64,000 bases of DNA from Synergistaceae bacterium. Its GTDB lineage: Bacteria; Synergistota; Synergistia; Synergistales; Aminobacteriaceae. A model generated the notes under the pieces. That model searched no databases and was not told where the DNA came from. It saw only the letters and a list, made by a program, of their open reading frames with translations. Location of the stretch: NCBI GenBank assembly GCA_031274425.1, contig JAISQE010000067.1:1-64000 (forward strand), given 5' to 3'. A program made the translations under genes and the position numbers. Below are positions 20,299 to 29,744 of the stretch, piece by piece. How positions within the stretch are numbered: the first letter of the stretch is position 1; the number at the start of each line of letters is the position of its first letter.

Positions 20299-21168
20299 TC
20301 AACGATACATGAGTGGTTTTCCGATAGGGGGCGTGGGGAGTTTTTCCCCAAACCATTTTTCGTAAGCGGTATTGTAGAGCTCGTAGGTCGAACCCGCCAT
20401 GCAATCGATAAACACGGTGTTCACGTAATTCAGCCATTCCTGCTCGTCGGGTCTCACTCCGCCGCCGTAAAGTTGTGGGTTGAACCCAAAACCGGAATCG
20501 ACATAGAGTTCCGGCTGTTTGCTGGCCAACCATTTAATCGAAGAAAGATCTACCGCGCCGGCATCCGCGCGGCCAGACGTGACCGCCTGATAAACCAGGC
20601 CCTGGTTTTCGTACTGATCGTCCTTGCTGCCCGGAACCATTCTCTGCACGTTATTGGCGGCGTCCGCGTTTTGCAGTATCGCGATGGTCACCGTCTTACC
20701 CGCCTGCACCGCCGCCACGAGGTCGTCGTATTTTTTATATTGGCTTTTAGGCGATAGAATGAGTCCGATGCCTTCCGTATAATAGGGAACGGTGAACGCA
20801 ATTTGCTGGGCTCGGGCCGGAGTGATCGTCATGAACTGAAGACAGATATCGACTTTATCCGCGAGCAAATTGGGAATACGCTGATCGGGCGCTTGCTCTA
20901 CGAACTCGACCTTCGTCTCGTCGCCAAACAACCCGCGTGCCAAAATTTTACCCATCTCAATGTCCATGCCTTCATATTCGCCGTTGTTATTTTTGAGATG
21001 CCAGGGAACGTTAGTGCTGCCCGTGCCCACGACCAACTTGCCCCGAGCAAGAATTTCCTGTAGTTTCCCGGCCGCCTCGGCGTTTCCGACCATACAAGCG
21101 AAAATGAGCGCCAAACAAAAAAAACCAACACACGACAGTTTTGCGAACTTTTTCATTACCCTCTCCAT
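20299..21168 (-). CDS. amino-acid ABC transporter substrate-binding protein
   Basis: Signal peptide plus type-3 SBP family; first gene of the minus-strand operon. Confidence 0.85.
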   Translation of the reverse strand: MERVMKKFAKLSCVGFFCLALIFACMVGNAEAAGKLQEILARGKLVVGTGSTNVPWHLKNNNGEYEGMDIEMGKILARGLFGDETKVEFVEQAPDQRIPNLLADKVDICLQFMTITPARAQQIAFTVPYYTEGIGLILSPKSQYKKYDDLVAAVQAGKTVTIAILQNADAANNVQRMVPGSKDDQYENQGLVYQAVTSGRADAGAVDLSSIKWLASKQPELYVDSGFGFNPQLYGGGVRPDEQEWLNYVNTVFIDCMAGSTYELYNTAYEKWFGEKLPTPPIGKPLMYR

Positions 21169-21318
21169 CTCCTTTTTTTAAAATAACCGATGAGCTTTTA
21201 TTATATTACCCCGATGTCTAAATAGGTCAAGTAGCATAAGCGATTGCCGGGTGCTCAAAGAAGTCGTCCAATGCTGGTCAAACTTCTTTAGAAATGGGTA
21301 AGATCCAGACGGGCTTCT

Positions 21319-22296
21319 TTAATAGCCCACGGCGTCGCGATCGGCAAGGCTGCCTCGGGCAATTTTGCGAGAGTTTCCTAAAAGCTGCCACAGCGCGACT
21401 TCAAAGCCGATCCAACCCTCGGCGAGCGAGGTTTTTTCGAGGTAGGAAAGGCGTATCAGGCTCAACATGAAGTGTTTGACGTTTTCTCGTCCAAAATGAT
21501 CGAGGGCGTTGCGCGCCATGCGCAGCGCGTATTCGCGTGTGGCTCCGATAGCCGAGAGGGCCTGCCCTTCCGTTTGGGGCGAGGAGCAAGCGATGTAAAG
21601 CGCTGGGCGCAGTCGGTTGTAGAGAGCGGTTAAAAGCGGAAGAGGGGATGGGTCCGATTCGAGGTATTTCAGAGCGTTCAGCACGTCTTTGTGGCGGGCC
21701 TGACAGACGCCGTCCAAAAAACGTAAAAGGGCGTTGCCCCCCTCGTCGAACGAAAGCTGCTTGACGGTCTCGACGGCGATGAGTTCCCCGGCTTTATAAA
21801 ACGCCAATTTGTCCAGTTCCGCGCGCAATTCCTCCAGCGACTCCAGCGACTCCGCCAAAAGCGCGGCGGCCGCTCCGTCCAGTCGGCAGGATTTTTCTCT
21901 CGCGAGGTTGATGAGCCACTCCCGACGCTTCCAGGGAGGAACGGAGGCGTCGGAGCGGATAAAAGCGATTTTTTGCAGAATTTCCTTCGCGAAGATCTTC
22001 TTCGTGTCCCCGTTGAAGACGGCGACGATAACGTCGTCCGCGTCGTCTTCCAGAAGGTCTACGAGGGAAAGCGGGAAGGCTCCGAGTTGCTCGGCGCCCT
22101 CTAGGATCGTCATTCTCTTATCGTCGAAAAGGCCCCCGCTGCGGGAGGCCGCGATCACCCCCGGCCAGCCGCCCGGCACGGACGCGGCCTCGAATTTGCC
22201 GGTCAAGGCGTATCCTTTCTTCGTGAGGTCCGACAGCGATTCTTCCAGTTTTCGACGCTGACTCTCGTGTCCCTCGATGGCGATCAGCTTCGGCAT
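21319..22296 (-). CDS. holA: DNA polymerase III delta subunit
   Basis: 325 aa HolA-like; lies immediately downstream of leuS (conserved leuS-holA linkage). Confidence 0.75.
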   Translation of the reverse strand: MPKLIAIEGHESQRRKLEESLSDLTKKGYALTGKFEAASVPGGWPGVIAASRSGGLFDDKRMTILEGAEQLGAFPLSLVDLLEDDADDVIVAVFNGDTKKIFAKEILQKIAFIRSDASVPPWKRREWLINLAREKSCRLDGAAAALLAESLESLEELRAELDKLAFYKAGELIAVETVKQLSFDEGGNALLRFLDGVCQARHKDVLNALKYLESDPSPLPLLTALYNRLRPALYIACSSPQTEGQALSAIGATREYALRMARNALDHFGRENVKHFMLSLIRLSYLEKTSLAEGWIGFEVALWQLLGNSRKIARGSLADRDAVGY

Positions 22297-22303
22297 TCGG
22301 GTT

Positions 22304-24880
22304 TTAAAGATCCTTGACGACGATGTTGACGAGCTTGTCGGGTACGGCGATGATTTTGACGATCTCCTTAGGGATGCCCTGGGGCGCGATCTTCTCCTTG
22401 ACCTGCGCGTCGCTCATCACGATGTCCTTCAACTGCGTTTCATCGAGTCCCGCCGGCATGGAGAGTTTGACGCGCACCTTGCCGTTCACCTGCACGACGA
22501 TGGTGACGACGTCCGCGACGAGCGCGTCCTCCTCCGAAACGGGCCAGGGCGTCTTGGCGAGCAAGGTTTTGTTGCCCAACATCCGCCAGAGTTCCTCGGC
22601 GATATGCGGGCTGAAGGGAGACAGGCAGTTCAAAAGGACGTCCACCGCTTCGCGCCGCAGCTTGTATCCGACGGGCTCGGCGGGCTGAAACGCATAAAGC
22701 GCGTTCGTCAGTTCCATCAAACGGGCGATGGCGGTGTTGAACTGCTTCTCCTCGTTGATGTCGCGCGTCACGGAGAAAATCGTGTTGTGGATCTTGCGCT
22801 TGAAATCGCGCTGAACCGGGTCGGACAGGGCGGACATGGGGACGCGGGCAGGATCGGACTCGGAGTAAACGTCCCCCGAGCTAGGCTCATGGGTCAGTCC
22901 CTCCAGGTTGTCCTCCACGAAGCGCCACACCCGGTTCAGAAAACGATGCGCGCCCTCCACGCCTTGTTCCGACCAGTCCAAGTCGTTCTGGGGCGGAGAG
23001 GCGAAAAGGATGAAAAGACGCACGGTGTCGGCACCGTATTTGTCGACGATCTCCGTCGGGTCCACCACGTTGCCCAGAGACTTCGACATCTTGGCGCCCT
23101 CTTTGATGACCATTCCCTGGGTCAAAAGATTGGTGAACGGCTCGCGCACGTTGCAGGGCAAGAGGCCGGCATCCGACAGGAACATCGTGAAGAAGCGCGC
23201 GTAGATCAAGTGGAGGCAGGCGTGTTCGATTCCCCCGATGTATTGGTCGACGGGCATCCAGTAATCCGTGTCCTTCGCGTTGAACGGCGCTTTGTCGAAT
23301 CCAGGCGAGCAGTAGCGGTCGAAATACCAGGACGAGCAGAAGAACGTGTCCATAGTCTCGGCCTCCCGCCGCGCCTTTCCCCCACAGACCGGACACGCGG
23401 TTTCGAGCCACTCCGGCAGGTCCAGAAGCGGAGAACGTCCCACGTCGACGACTTGAACGTCCTCGGGCAGCAACACGGGAAGCTGGTCCTCGGGTACGGG
23501 AACCAGGCCGCACTTCGGGCAGTGCACGAAGGGAATGGGCGTTCCCCAATAACGCTGGCGCGAGATCAGCCAGTCGCGCAAACGGAAGTTCACCTCGCGC
23601 TTGCAGAGCCCTTCTTTCTCGCCCCAGTCGATCATCGCCTGTATGGCCTTTTGCGTCGGCAGTCCGTTGAATTGCGCGGAGTTGCAGCTCAGCCCGTCGT
23701 CCTCGAACGCGGCCTCCATCGTCGCGCCGTCCAGCGTTTCCCCCTCCGGCTGAATGACCGGAATGATCGGGATGCCGTACTTGCGGCAGAAGTCGAAGTC
23801 GCGCTGGTCGTGCGCCGGAACGCCCATGATCGCGCCCGTGCCGTAGTCCATGAGAATGTAATTGGCGATCCAGATGGGGACGGGCTCGCCCGTGACGGGG
23901 TGCGCGCCGGTGAAGGGCGTCTTGAGGCCCAGCTTCTCTCCCCCCGCGTCGGAGCGTTCGATGGCGCTCTGGGCCGCGCATCGGGCCACGAAATCGGACA
24001 TTTGTTTCGCCTCGGAGGAACCGCCGTCCCCCGAGCCCTTTTTTTCGGCTTTTTCGGACAATTTGTCGATCATGGCCTTGATCAGCTCGTGCTCCGGGGC
24101 CAGGGCAATGAAGGTGATGCCGTATACCGTGTCGAAGCGGGTGGTGAAGGCTTCGATCGTGTAGTCCAGTTCCTCGACTCTGAAGGAGAGCCGCGCGCCC
24201 TCCGAGCGGCCGAGCCAATTGCGCTGCATGATGCGGACGCGCTCGGGCCAACCGGTGAGCTGCGTGTCGATGTTGTCCAGAAGCTCCTGCGCGTAGTCCG
24301 TGATCTTAATGAACCACTGTTCCAGGTTTTTCTTGACGACGGGCGTCTCGCAGCGCCAGCACGCGCCATTTACGACCTGTTCGTTGGCGAGCACGGTCCC
24401 GCAGGGCTCGCACCAGTTGACGGGAGCTTGTTTGCGGTACACCAGTCCCTTTTTGTACATTTGAAGAAAAATCCACTGGTTCCAGCGATAGTAGTCCGGG
24501 TTGCAGCTCTCGACGCGCCGCCTCCAGTCGTAGCTGTAACCCATGCGCTTGAGCTGATTCGTCATGTATTCGATGTTGTTCCAGGTCCACTCGTGGGGTT
24601 TGGTCTTGTATTTGATCGCGGCGTTCTCCGCCGGCATGCCGAAGGCGTCGAAGCCCATCGGGTAGAGAACGTTGAATCCCTTCTTGCGGAGGAAACGGGC
24701 AAGCATGTCTCCCATGGAGTAATTGCGCACGTGCCCCATGTGCAGCGCGCCGCTAGGGTAGGGAAACATCTCCAGGCAATAGAACTTGGGCTTGCCCGGA
24801 TCGGTCTCCACCTCGAAACTTTTTTGATTTTCCCATATCTTTTGCCACTTTGTCTCGATTGCCTGAAAATCGTAGCCCAT
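22304..24880 (-). CDS. leuS: leucine--tRNA ligase
   Basis: 858 aa; HMGH and KMSKS class I motifs plus CP1 editing domain. Confidence 0.97.
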   Translation of the reverse strand: MGYDFQAIETKWQKIWENQKSFEVETDPGKPKFYCLEMFPYPSGALHMGHVRNYSMGDMLARFLRKKGFNVLYPMGFDAFGMPAENAAIKYKTKPHEWTWNNIEYMTNQLKRMGYSYDWRRRVESCNPDYYRWNQWIFLQMYKKGLVYRKQAPVNWCEPCGTVLANEQVVNGACWRCETPVVKKNLEQWFIKITDYAQELLDNIDTQLTGWPERVRIMQRNWLGRSEGARLSFRVEELDYTIEAFTTRFDTVYGITFIALAPEHELIKAMIDKLSEKAEKKGSGDGGSSEAKQMSDFVARCAAQSAIERSDAGGEKLGLKTPFTGAHPVTGEPVPIWIANYILMDYGTGAIMGVPAHDQRDFDFCRKYGIPIIPVIQPEGETLDGATMEAAFEDDGLSCNSAQFNGLPTQKAIQAMIDWGEKEGLCKREVNFRLRDWLISRQRYWGTPIPFVHCPKCGLVPVPEDQLPVLLPEDVQVVDVGRSPLLDLPEWLETACPVCGGKARREAETMDTFFCSSWYFDRYCSPGFDKAPFNAKDTDYWMPVDQYIGGIEHACLHLIYARFFTMFLSDAGLLPCNVREPFTNLLTQGMVIKEGAKMSKSLGNVVDPTEIVDKYGADTVRLFILFASPPQNDLDWSEQGVEGAHRFLNRVWRFVEDNLEGLTHEPSSGDVYSESDPARVPMSALSDPVQRDFKRKIHNTIFSVTRDINEEKQFNTAIARLMELTNALYAFQPAEPVGYKLRREAVDVLLNCLSPFSPHIAEELWRMLGNKTLLAKTPWPVSEEDALVADVVTIVVQVNGKVRVKLSMPAGLDETQLKDIVMSDAQVKEKIAPQGIPKEIVKIIAVPDKLVNIVVKDL

Positions 24881-25131
24881 CGTACATTTCCCCCCGAAAT
24901 TTTAAGAAAAAGGCTTGAGGCCGGAATCGCTGAAAACCCCTACGAACATCGCCCGGCAATTCAATATCAGAAAGGATTATAGCGTTTAACCCTCTCCGTG
25001 GCAAAGGCGGCGGGCATACGCTCCGCGCGGCGGGGAAAGCCGCGTTCCAAACCGGTATTATTATCGGTAAAGGCTTGCGTCGCCGCCTCCGAAAGTCGAG
25101 TATAATGAAAAATTATACGCGATAAGGGGGT

Positions 25132-26499
25132 ATGACTGTGCCGAACATAGACGCGAACGCTGGGGGAAGCACGGAAAAAATTCAGGGAAAAAATCAAGAT
25201 TTGAAAGAGCGCGCGTGGAAGGCGATCGACGAACGCGCGGAGGATCTCGGGCGCTTTGTTCGGGACATCGGAAAAAACGCCGAGGTCGGTTTCTTTGAAA
25301 CGCGGACCTCGGAGAAGGTCGCGGATTTTTTGCGGAGCCTGAGGTTGCCCGTCGAGAACGGATTTGCGTTGACGGGCGTCGAGGGGCTGTTCGACACGGG
25401 GAAACCGGGCCCGAAGGTGGCGGTGTTGGGGGAGTTGGACTCCGTGGTCTGTTTCGACGCGCCCGACGCGAACCCGGAGACGGGGGCGGCGCACCAGTGC
25501 GGGCACCATGTGCAGCTCGGGGTCATGCTGGCGACGGCGGTGGGGCTGACGGGTTCCGGAGCGGCGTCCGAACTTGCCGGCAAGGTGGTTTTTATGGGGG
25601 TCCCCGCGGAGGAATACATCCAAATCGAGCGACGCCTGAAACTCAAAGATGAGGGTAAAATCCACTTTATCGGCGGCAAAGCGGAGCTGATTCGCCTTGG
25701 GCGATTCGATGACGTGGACATGACGATGATGATCCACGCCTCCTCTAATCGTCCGAGGGCCAGTGTGGACCGAGGGCGGACGAGCAACGGCTTCGTCGGG
25801 CTCACGATTCGCTACATCGGGCGTCAAGCCCATGCCGCGGGCAGCCCGGACCAGGGGATCAACGCCCTCTCCGCCGCCGTTCTGGGCATTTCCGCAGTGA
25901 ACGCTTTGCGCGAAACGTTCCGCGACGAGGATCATGTACGGGTTCACTTCATCATCACCAAGGGCGGGGACCTGGTGAACTGCGTGCCCGACGACGTGCG
26001 GCTCGAAGCCTACGTCCGCGCCAGTTCCGTACCCGTGATCGAGGAGACCCTGACCCGAGTCGCCCGCGCGTTCAAAGCGGGAGGCGACGCCGTCGGGGCG
26101 AAGACGGAATGCAAGGTGTTGCCGGGCATGTTTCCCCTTGCCGGCTGCCCCGACCTGTACGAATTGTTCTATGAAAATTCCGAGCCCTTCGTCGCCCCGG
26201 AGGACTTCTTCGACGGCGGGCACATGGCGGGTTCCACGGACATGGGGGACATCAGTCAGATCATGCCGGCCTGTCATCCCATGACGGGCGGGATGGACGG
26301 GGTGCTCCACGGGGCGGACGCGCGGGTCGTGGACTACGGCGCGGCGGTGATCGCTCCCGGAAAGGCGATGGCCGCCACCGTGATCGACCTCTTGTTCAAC
26401 GACGCGGAGAAGGCCCGGCGCATCCTGTCCTCGTTCAAACCCAACCTGACGAAAGAAGTCTACCTCAAAAAACTGAACGATTATTTCGAGTACAAGTAG
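25132..26499 (+). CDS. M20 family amidohydrolase / peptidase
   Basis: AHQCGHH metal-binding motif and M20D-like fold; RBS AAGGGGG. Confidence 0.7.
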   Translation: MTVPNIDANAGGSTEKIQGKNQDLKERAWKAIDERAEDLGRFVRDIGKNAEVGFFETRTSEKVADFLRSLRLPVENGFALTGVEGLFDTGKPGPKVAVLGELDSVVCFDAPDANPETGAAHQCGHHVQLGVMLATAVGLTGSGAASELAGKVVFMGVPAEEYIQIERRLKLKDEGKIHFIGGKAELIRLGRFDDVDMTMMIHASSNRPRASVDRGRTSNGFVGLTIRYIGRQAHAAGSPDQGINALSAAVLGISAVNALRETFRDEDHVRVHFIITKGGDLVNCVPDDVRLEAYVRASSVPVIEETLTRVARAFKAGGDAVGAKTECKVLPGMFPLAGCPDLYELFYENSEPFVAPEDFFDGGHMAGSTDMGDISQIMPACHPMTGGMDGVLHGADARVVDYGAAVIAPGKAMAATVIDLLFNDAEKARRILSSFKPNLTKEVYLKKLNDYFEYK

Positions 26500-26523
26500 A
26501 ACACGTCACGTAGCATATAGAAC

Positions 26524-27138
26524 ATGGAGGAAATGAACATGCGCAGATTTTTGATTTTAACGGTCCTTGTTTCGATTTTTGCGTCGGGGACCGCGTTTGC
26601 GGAATACGACGTCAGTGGTTTGTGGCTGCTGGAGGGCAGCGGGTACGCCGAAAAAAGCCCCGTGCGGTCCGAGCTGACGGACACCGGGACGCTCGACATC
26701 AAAACCGAGACAAAGGACGGGGTCCAGTATATTGTGGGCTATTCCCTGGAACTGCGGCTCGACGCGTCGCGGTTCAACATCAACGCGTGGAAGGACTCCA
26801 AGATCGTGCTTCTGGACATCCCCGTCGTGGTTCCGGAGTTGAACCCCACGACGAACCGCCCCTTCGAGCTGCCCCCCGTCACCATCGACGGCTTGACCTA
26901 CGAGGTGACGTTCACCACCACGACGTCAGGAACCGTGAAGATTTACGGCTACATCGACGTGGACGTGGTGGGCAGCGTCGAGATCAACTCCATAAGCGTC
27001 ATTTGGAAAAGCGGAACCTCCAAACCGGATGTCCCCCAAATGACCAGCGGCTGCGATTCGGGTATGTCCTGGGTCTTGTTGGCGTTGGTTCTAGGGAGCG
27101 GGAGGGTTTGCCGACGCTTCCGGCGAGGCGGACTCTAA
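26524..27138 (+). CDS. small secreted protein with a C-terminal sorting-signal-like tail (SGC-DSG + TM helix + Arg-rich end)
   Basis: N-terminal signal peptide (MRRFLILTVLVSIFASGTAFA). C-terminus ...TSGCDSGMSWVLLALVLGSGRVCRRFRRGGL, tripartite like PEP-CTERM/GlyGly-CTERM-type signals. Confidence 0.6.
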   Translation: MEEMNMRRFLILTVLVSIFASGTAFAEYDVSGLWLLEGSGYAEKSPVRSELTDTGTLDIKTETKDGVQYIVGYSLELRLDASRFNINAWKDSKIVLLDIPVVVPELNPTTNRPFELPPVTIDGLTYEVTFTTTTSGTVKIYGYIDVDVVGSVEINSISVIWKSGTSKPDVPQMTSGCDSGMSWVLLALVLGSGRVCRRFRRGGL

Positions 27139-27900
27139 AACCCGGCGGAGGCCGGCGACGGTGAATCCGTTGGCTTCCAGAGCTTCTTTGACGGCGAACG
27201 CCAACTTTGCGGCGCCGTTGTAATCTCCGTGGATACCGATGGAGGATGCCTTCATCGGTATCGGCGTTCCGTTCGCGGACAAAAGCACGCCCTCCTTCAT
27301 CAGTTGTACCATGCGTTGGGCCGCGGTGGGGGGATCGGAAATAATCTCGCCCCGTTCGCCTTTCGGGATCAAGGAACCGTCCTCGCGATATCCGCGATCC
27401 GCGAAGACTTCGCTCGCAAAGGATATGCCCACGTCGGACGCCGCGGACTCGAAACAGGTTCCGCTTTGTCCCAAAAGGACCGCGCTCTTGTCCGTATCCC
27501 TGACGGCGCAGGCGATGGACTTCGCCGCCGCCAGCTCCGCGGCGGCCCTTCTATAGAGCGCGCCGTGGGGTTTTACGTACTCGAGCCTCACGTTGTTCGC
27601 CCGGCATATCGCCGCCAGCGCGCCTATCTGGTAGAGCGAGTAAACGTAAATTTCGTAGGGAGTCATACCGAGATCCCGCTGTCCGTAGCCCTGGAGATCC
27701 GGATAGCCCAATTCAGCCCCGATGTTGACGCCCGCGCGTCGAGCCGATCCGACCGTCGTCTGCATGACGATGGGGTCGCCCGCGTGCAGTCCGCAGGCGA
27801 TCGACGCCGAACTTACGATGCGCAGCATCGCGTCGTCCATCCCTCTTTGCCAGATCCCGAAGCTTTCGCCCAGTGTGCTGTTCAAGTCGATCAAAGGCAT
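27091..27900 (-). CDS. pxpA: LamB/YcsF family protein (5-oxoprolinase subunit A-like)
   Basis: MPLIDLNSTLGESFG...; no pxpB/pxpC nearby. Confidence 0.8.
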   Translation of the reverse strand: MPLIDLNSTLGESFGIWQRGMDDAMLRIVSSASIACGLHAGDPIVMQTTVGSARRAGVNIGAELGYPDLQGYGQRDLGMTPYEIYVYSLYQIGALAAICRANNVRLEYVKPHGALYRRAAAELAAAKSIACAVRDTDKSAVLLGQSGTCFESAASDVGISFASEVFADRGYREDGSLIPKGERGEIISDPPTAAQRMVQLMKEGVLLSANGTPIPMKASSIGIHGDYNGAAKLAFAVKEALEANGFTVAGLRRVLESASPEASANPPAP

Positions 27901-27907
27901 GTGGCGC

Positions 27908-29338
27908 TCAATCCTCCTGCTTGCGTGGAGCGAACATTTGAAGAAACGTCTTATGGGTGTCGCGCGGCAAAATACGATATCCTTTTTTTTCTTTGGTGAT
28001 CCATAAAAAATAATCTTTGTAAAACGAGGTCGCCATTTCCAGAATCGATTTGCCTTTATTGTCTTTGATGGTTTCGTAAGCGTTCTTCAAGATGCGGTCC
28101 TCGTCGCTGTCCCATCGAAACGTGCCCGCTCCGTAGGCGATGGCCTTTTCGGCGGATGTGGTCGGAAAGACCGGCAGGAGGATCGTATGATCCGCCCAAT
28201 CGTACGTCCCCAACCCCTGCCCGGGAATGAAGATCACCTGCGGAACGCCGTACATGCGAATGCGAGGCACCCCGAACATGTCCATGTCCAGGTCGCTCAT
28301 TTCTTCCATTATTCGAGACGCGGTTTCGTAAAGCATGGGCTCGGAGTCATGGGGGCACAAAAGCGATTGTTCGCAACGGGCGACCTTGGCGGGGACCGCC
28401 ATGTATTCTTTTTTCTTGGTCAGCATGTTCTTGAGTTCTTTACGCATCATCTGCTGAGAAAACTGGGCGCACGCGTGGGAAATTTTTTCGGCCTTGCGCC
28501 GGATTTTATCGCTTTCCTGCCGGCAGTAGATGATTTTACGCGCCAGGATTTTCGTGGATTCGTGAAGAGCGGTGAACATCTCGAGTTCCGGTAGCCCCAG
28601 CGGCTCTTCTTCGTCCTTTTGGGCTATGGAGAGCTGGGTCTCCATCACGCGTTCCGCTTCGTTGTAGCGAAAACGGTCCTGCGACATCGCCTGTTTCAGG
28701 TCGTCTTTAGCCTCGCGATATTCTTTGGTCCGCATGGAGGCCTTTGTGGCGGAGATCAGCGTCCGGCTCATGTCGGAGACCAGGGCGTCCAAATCGGTGC
28801 CCGTCATGTTCTTGCTGCGGGAGACGATCTTCAGGATCTCAGAGTTTCGTTTTTCCTGCAAGGCGGACAATCGTTTTTCGAGTTCCTCGATTTTGTCCTC
28901 CGTCTTTTCTCCCGACGGGGAGACCGGGAGGGGATTCCTCGTGATCATGCCCCAACAGTCCGCGATGAAGTCCGAAAAAGCTCGGTAGGAAAAAACCCCA
29001 AGGGCAAACTTCGACGTCAGGGCGAGGGACGCGTCGAATTTTTTGTTGCGCGGCGTGATTTCGTCGTGCAAAAATCCGAAGTCGATAAAGAGGCGCTCTT
29101 CCTCGTCGAAGGTCAAGGCGGAGGGAAATGACTCCGTCTGCGCGTCCAAAATCGCGAACAGAAGATCCCAATATTTATCCGAGAGCTGCCCCCAGGTTTT
29201 CCTGGCTTGCGCTTTGTCCTCGCTTTTATTCGAGGAAGCGTACTGCAGATATTTATCGGCGATCTTCCCGATTTCCTCCGCCGTGTTGACGACGTCGGGC
29301 ACGTTTTTCCATCGTTTGAACTCGATTTTCGCGGCCAT
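27908..29338 (-). CDS. hypothetical cytoplasmic protein, K/E-rich with coiled-coil segment; lower GC than neighbours
   Basis: 476 aa from ATG 29338 (RBS AGGGGGA 6 nt upstream; the TTG at 29368 is less likely). No recognisable domain. Confidence 0.5.
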   Translation of the reverse strand: MAAKIEFKRWKNVPDVVNTAEEIGKIADKYLQYASSNKSEDKAQARKTWGQLSDKYWDLLFAILDAQTESFPSALTFDEEERLFIDFGFLHDEITPRNKKFDASLALTSKFALGVFSYRAFSDFIADCWGMITRNPLPVSPSGEKTEDKIEELEKRLSALQEKRNSEILKIVSRSKNMTGTDLDALVSDMSRTLISATKASMRTKEYREAKDDLKQAMSQDRFRYNEAERVMETQLSIAQKDEEEPLGLPELEMFTALHESTKILARKIIYCRQESDKIRRKAEKISHACAQFSQQMMRKELKNMLTKKKEYMAVPAKVARCEQSLLCPHDSEPMLYETASRIMEEMSDLDMDMFGVPRIRMYGVPQVIFIPGQGLGTYDWADHTILLPVFPTTSAEKAIAYGAGTFRWDSDEDRILKNAYETIKDNKGKSILEMATSFYKDYFLWITKEKKGYRILPRDTHKTFLQMFAPRKQED

Positions 29339-29654
29339 CTCGATCCCCCTGAGTGGAATATCCAACATTCAGTGCTTACGTTCCTCCGCAAACTCCGAAA
29401 CTTGTTTTAAGTATAACACTTTCGTACGTTTGACCCAAAGGAAGAGCGAGACCCCAAAACCGTAAGGGAAAATATTGAAACGGAAGTTCGCCATTTGAAT
29501 CTTCGAAAAATCACCGTCCCCCCGGTCGCGCCGGGGTTCTTTCGCCGTTTCCCCCAAAGACGCGTCGCGTGAGACGTTTTATGTTGTTTCATGCGACGTT
29601 TCACGCGGCTTTCAGAGAAAATTTTAAGAGCAAAAGGCGGGCAGGGAATATTCA

Positions 29655-29725
29655 AGCAAATACAAAAACCGCATCCGTTCAATTCCCGAGCGCTTCAGGG
29701 AAGCTCTTGGGAATTGAACGGATGC
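29655..29725 (-). terminator. rho-independent terminator, 17-bp perfect stem (GCATCCGTTCAATTCCC / GGGAATTGAACGGATGC) plus U-tract
   Basis: Perfect inverted repeat 29671-29687 / 29709-29725 with a 21-nt loop. Minus-strand transcript continues GGUUUUUGUAUUUG. Lies 20 nt past the stop of the large oxidoreductase gene. Confidence 0.8.
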
Positions 29726-29744
29726 AGTATGTTCCGCTCTGACG

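Noticed and set aside
21169-21318. Possible hairpin or terminator between the ABC operon start and the holA end (AAAGAAGT...ACTTCTTT)
   Set aside because: 8-bp stem with a 20-nt loop and no U-tract; probably just promoter-region sequence.
24881-25131. Possible T-box or leader upstream of leuS (and similarly upstream of pheS)
   Set aside because: No AGGGUGGNACCGCG-like T-box core or specifier-loop architecture found on the transcribed strand; only generic GC-rich hairpins.
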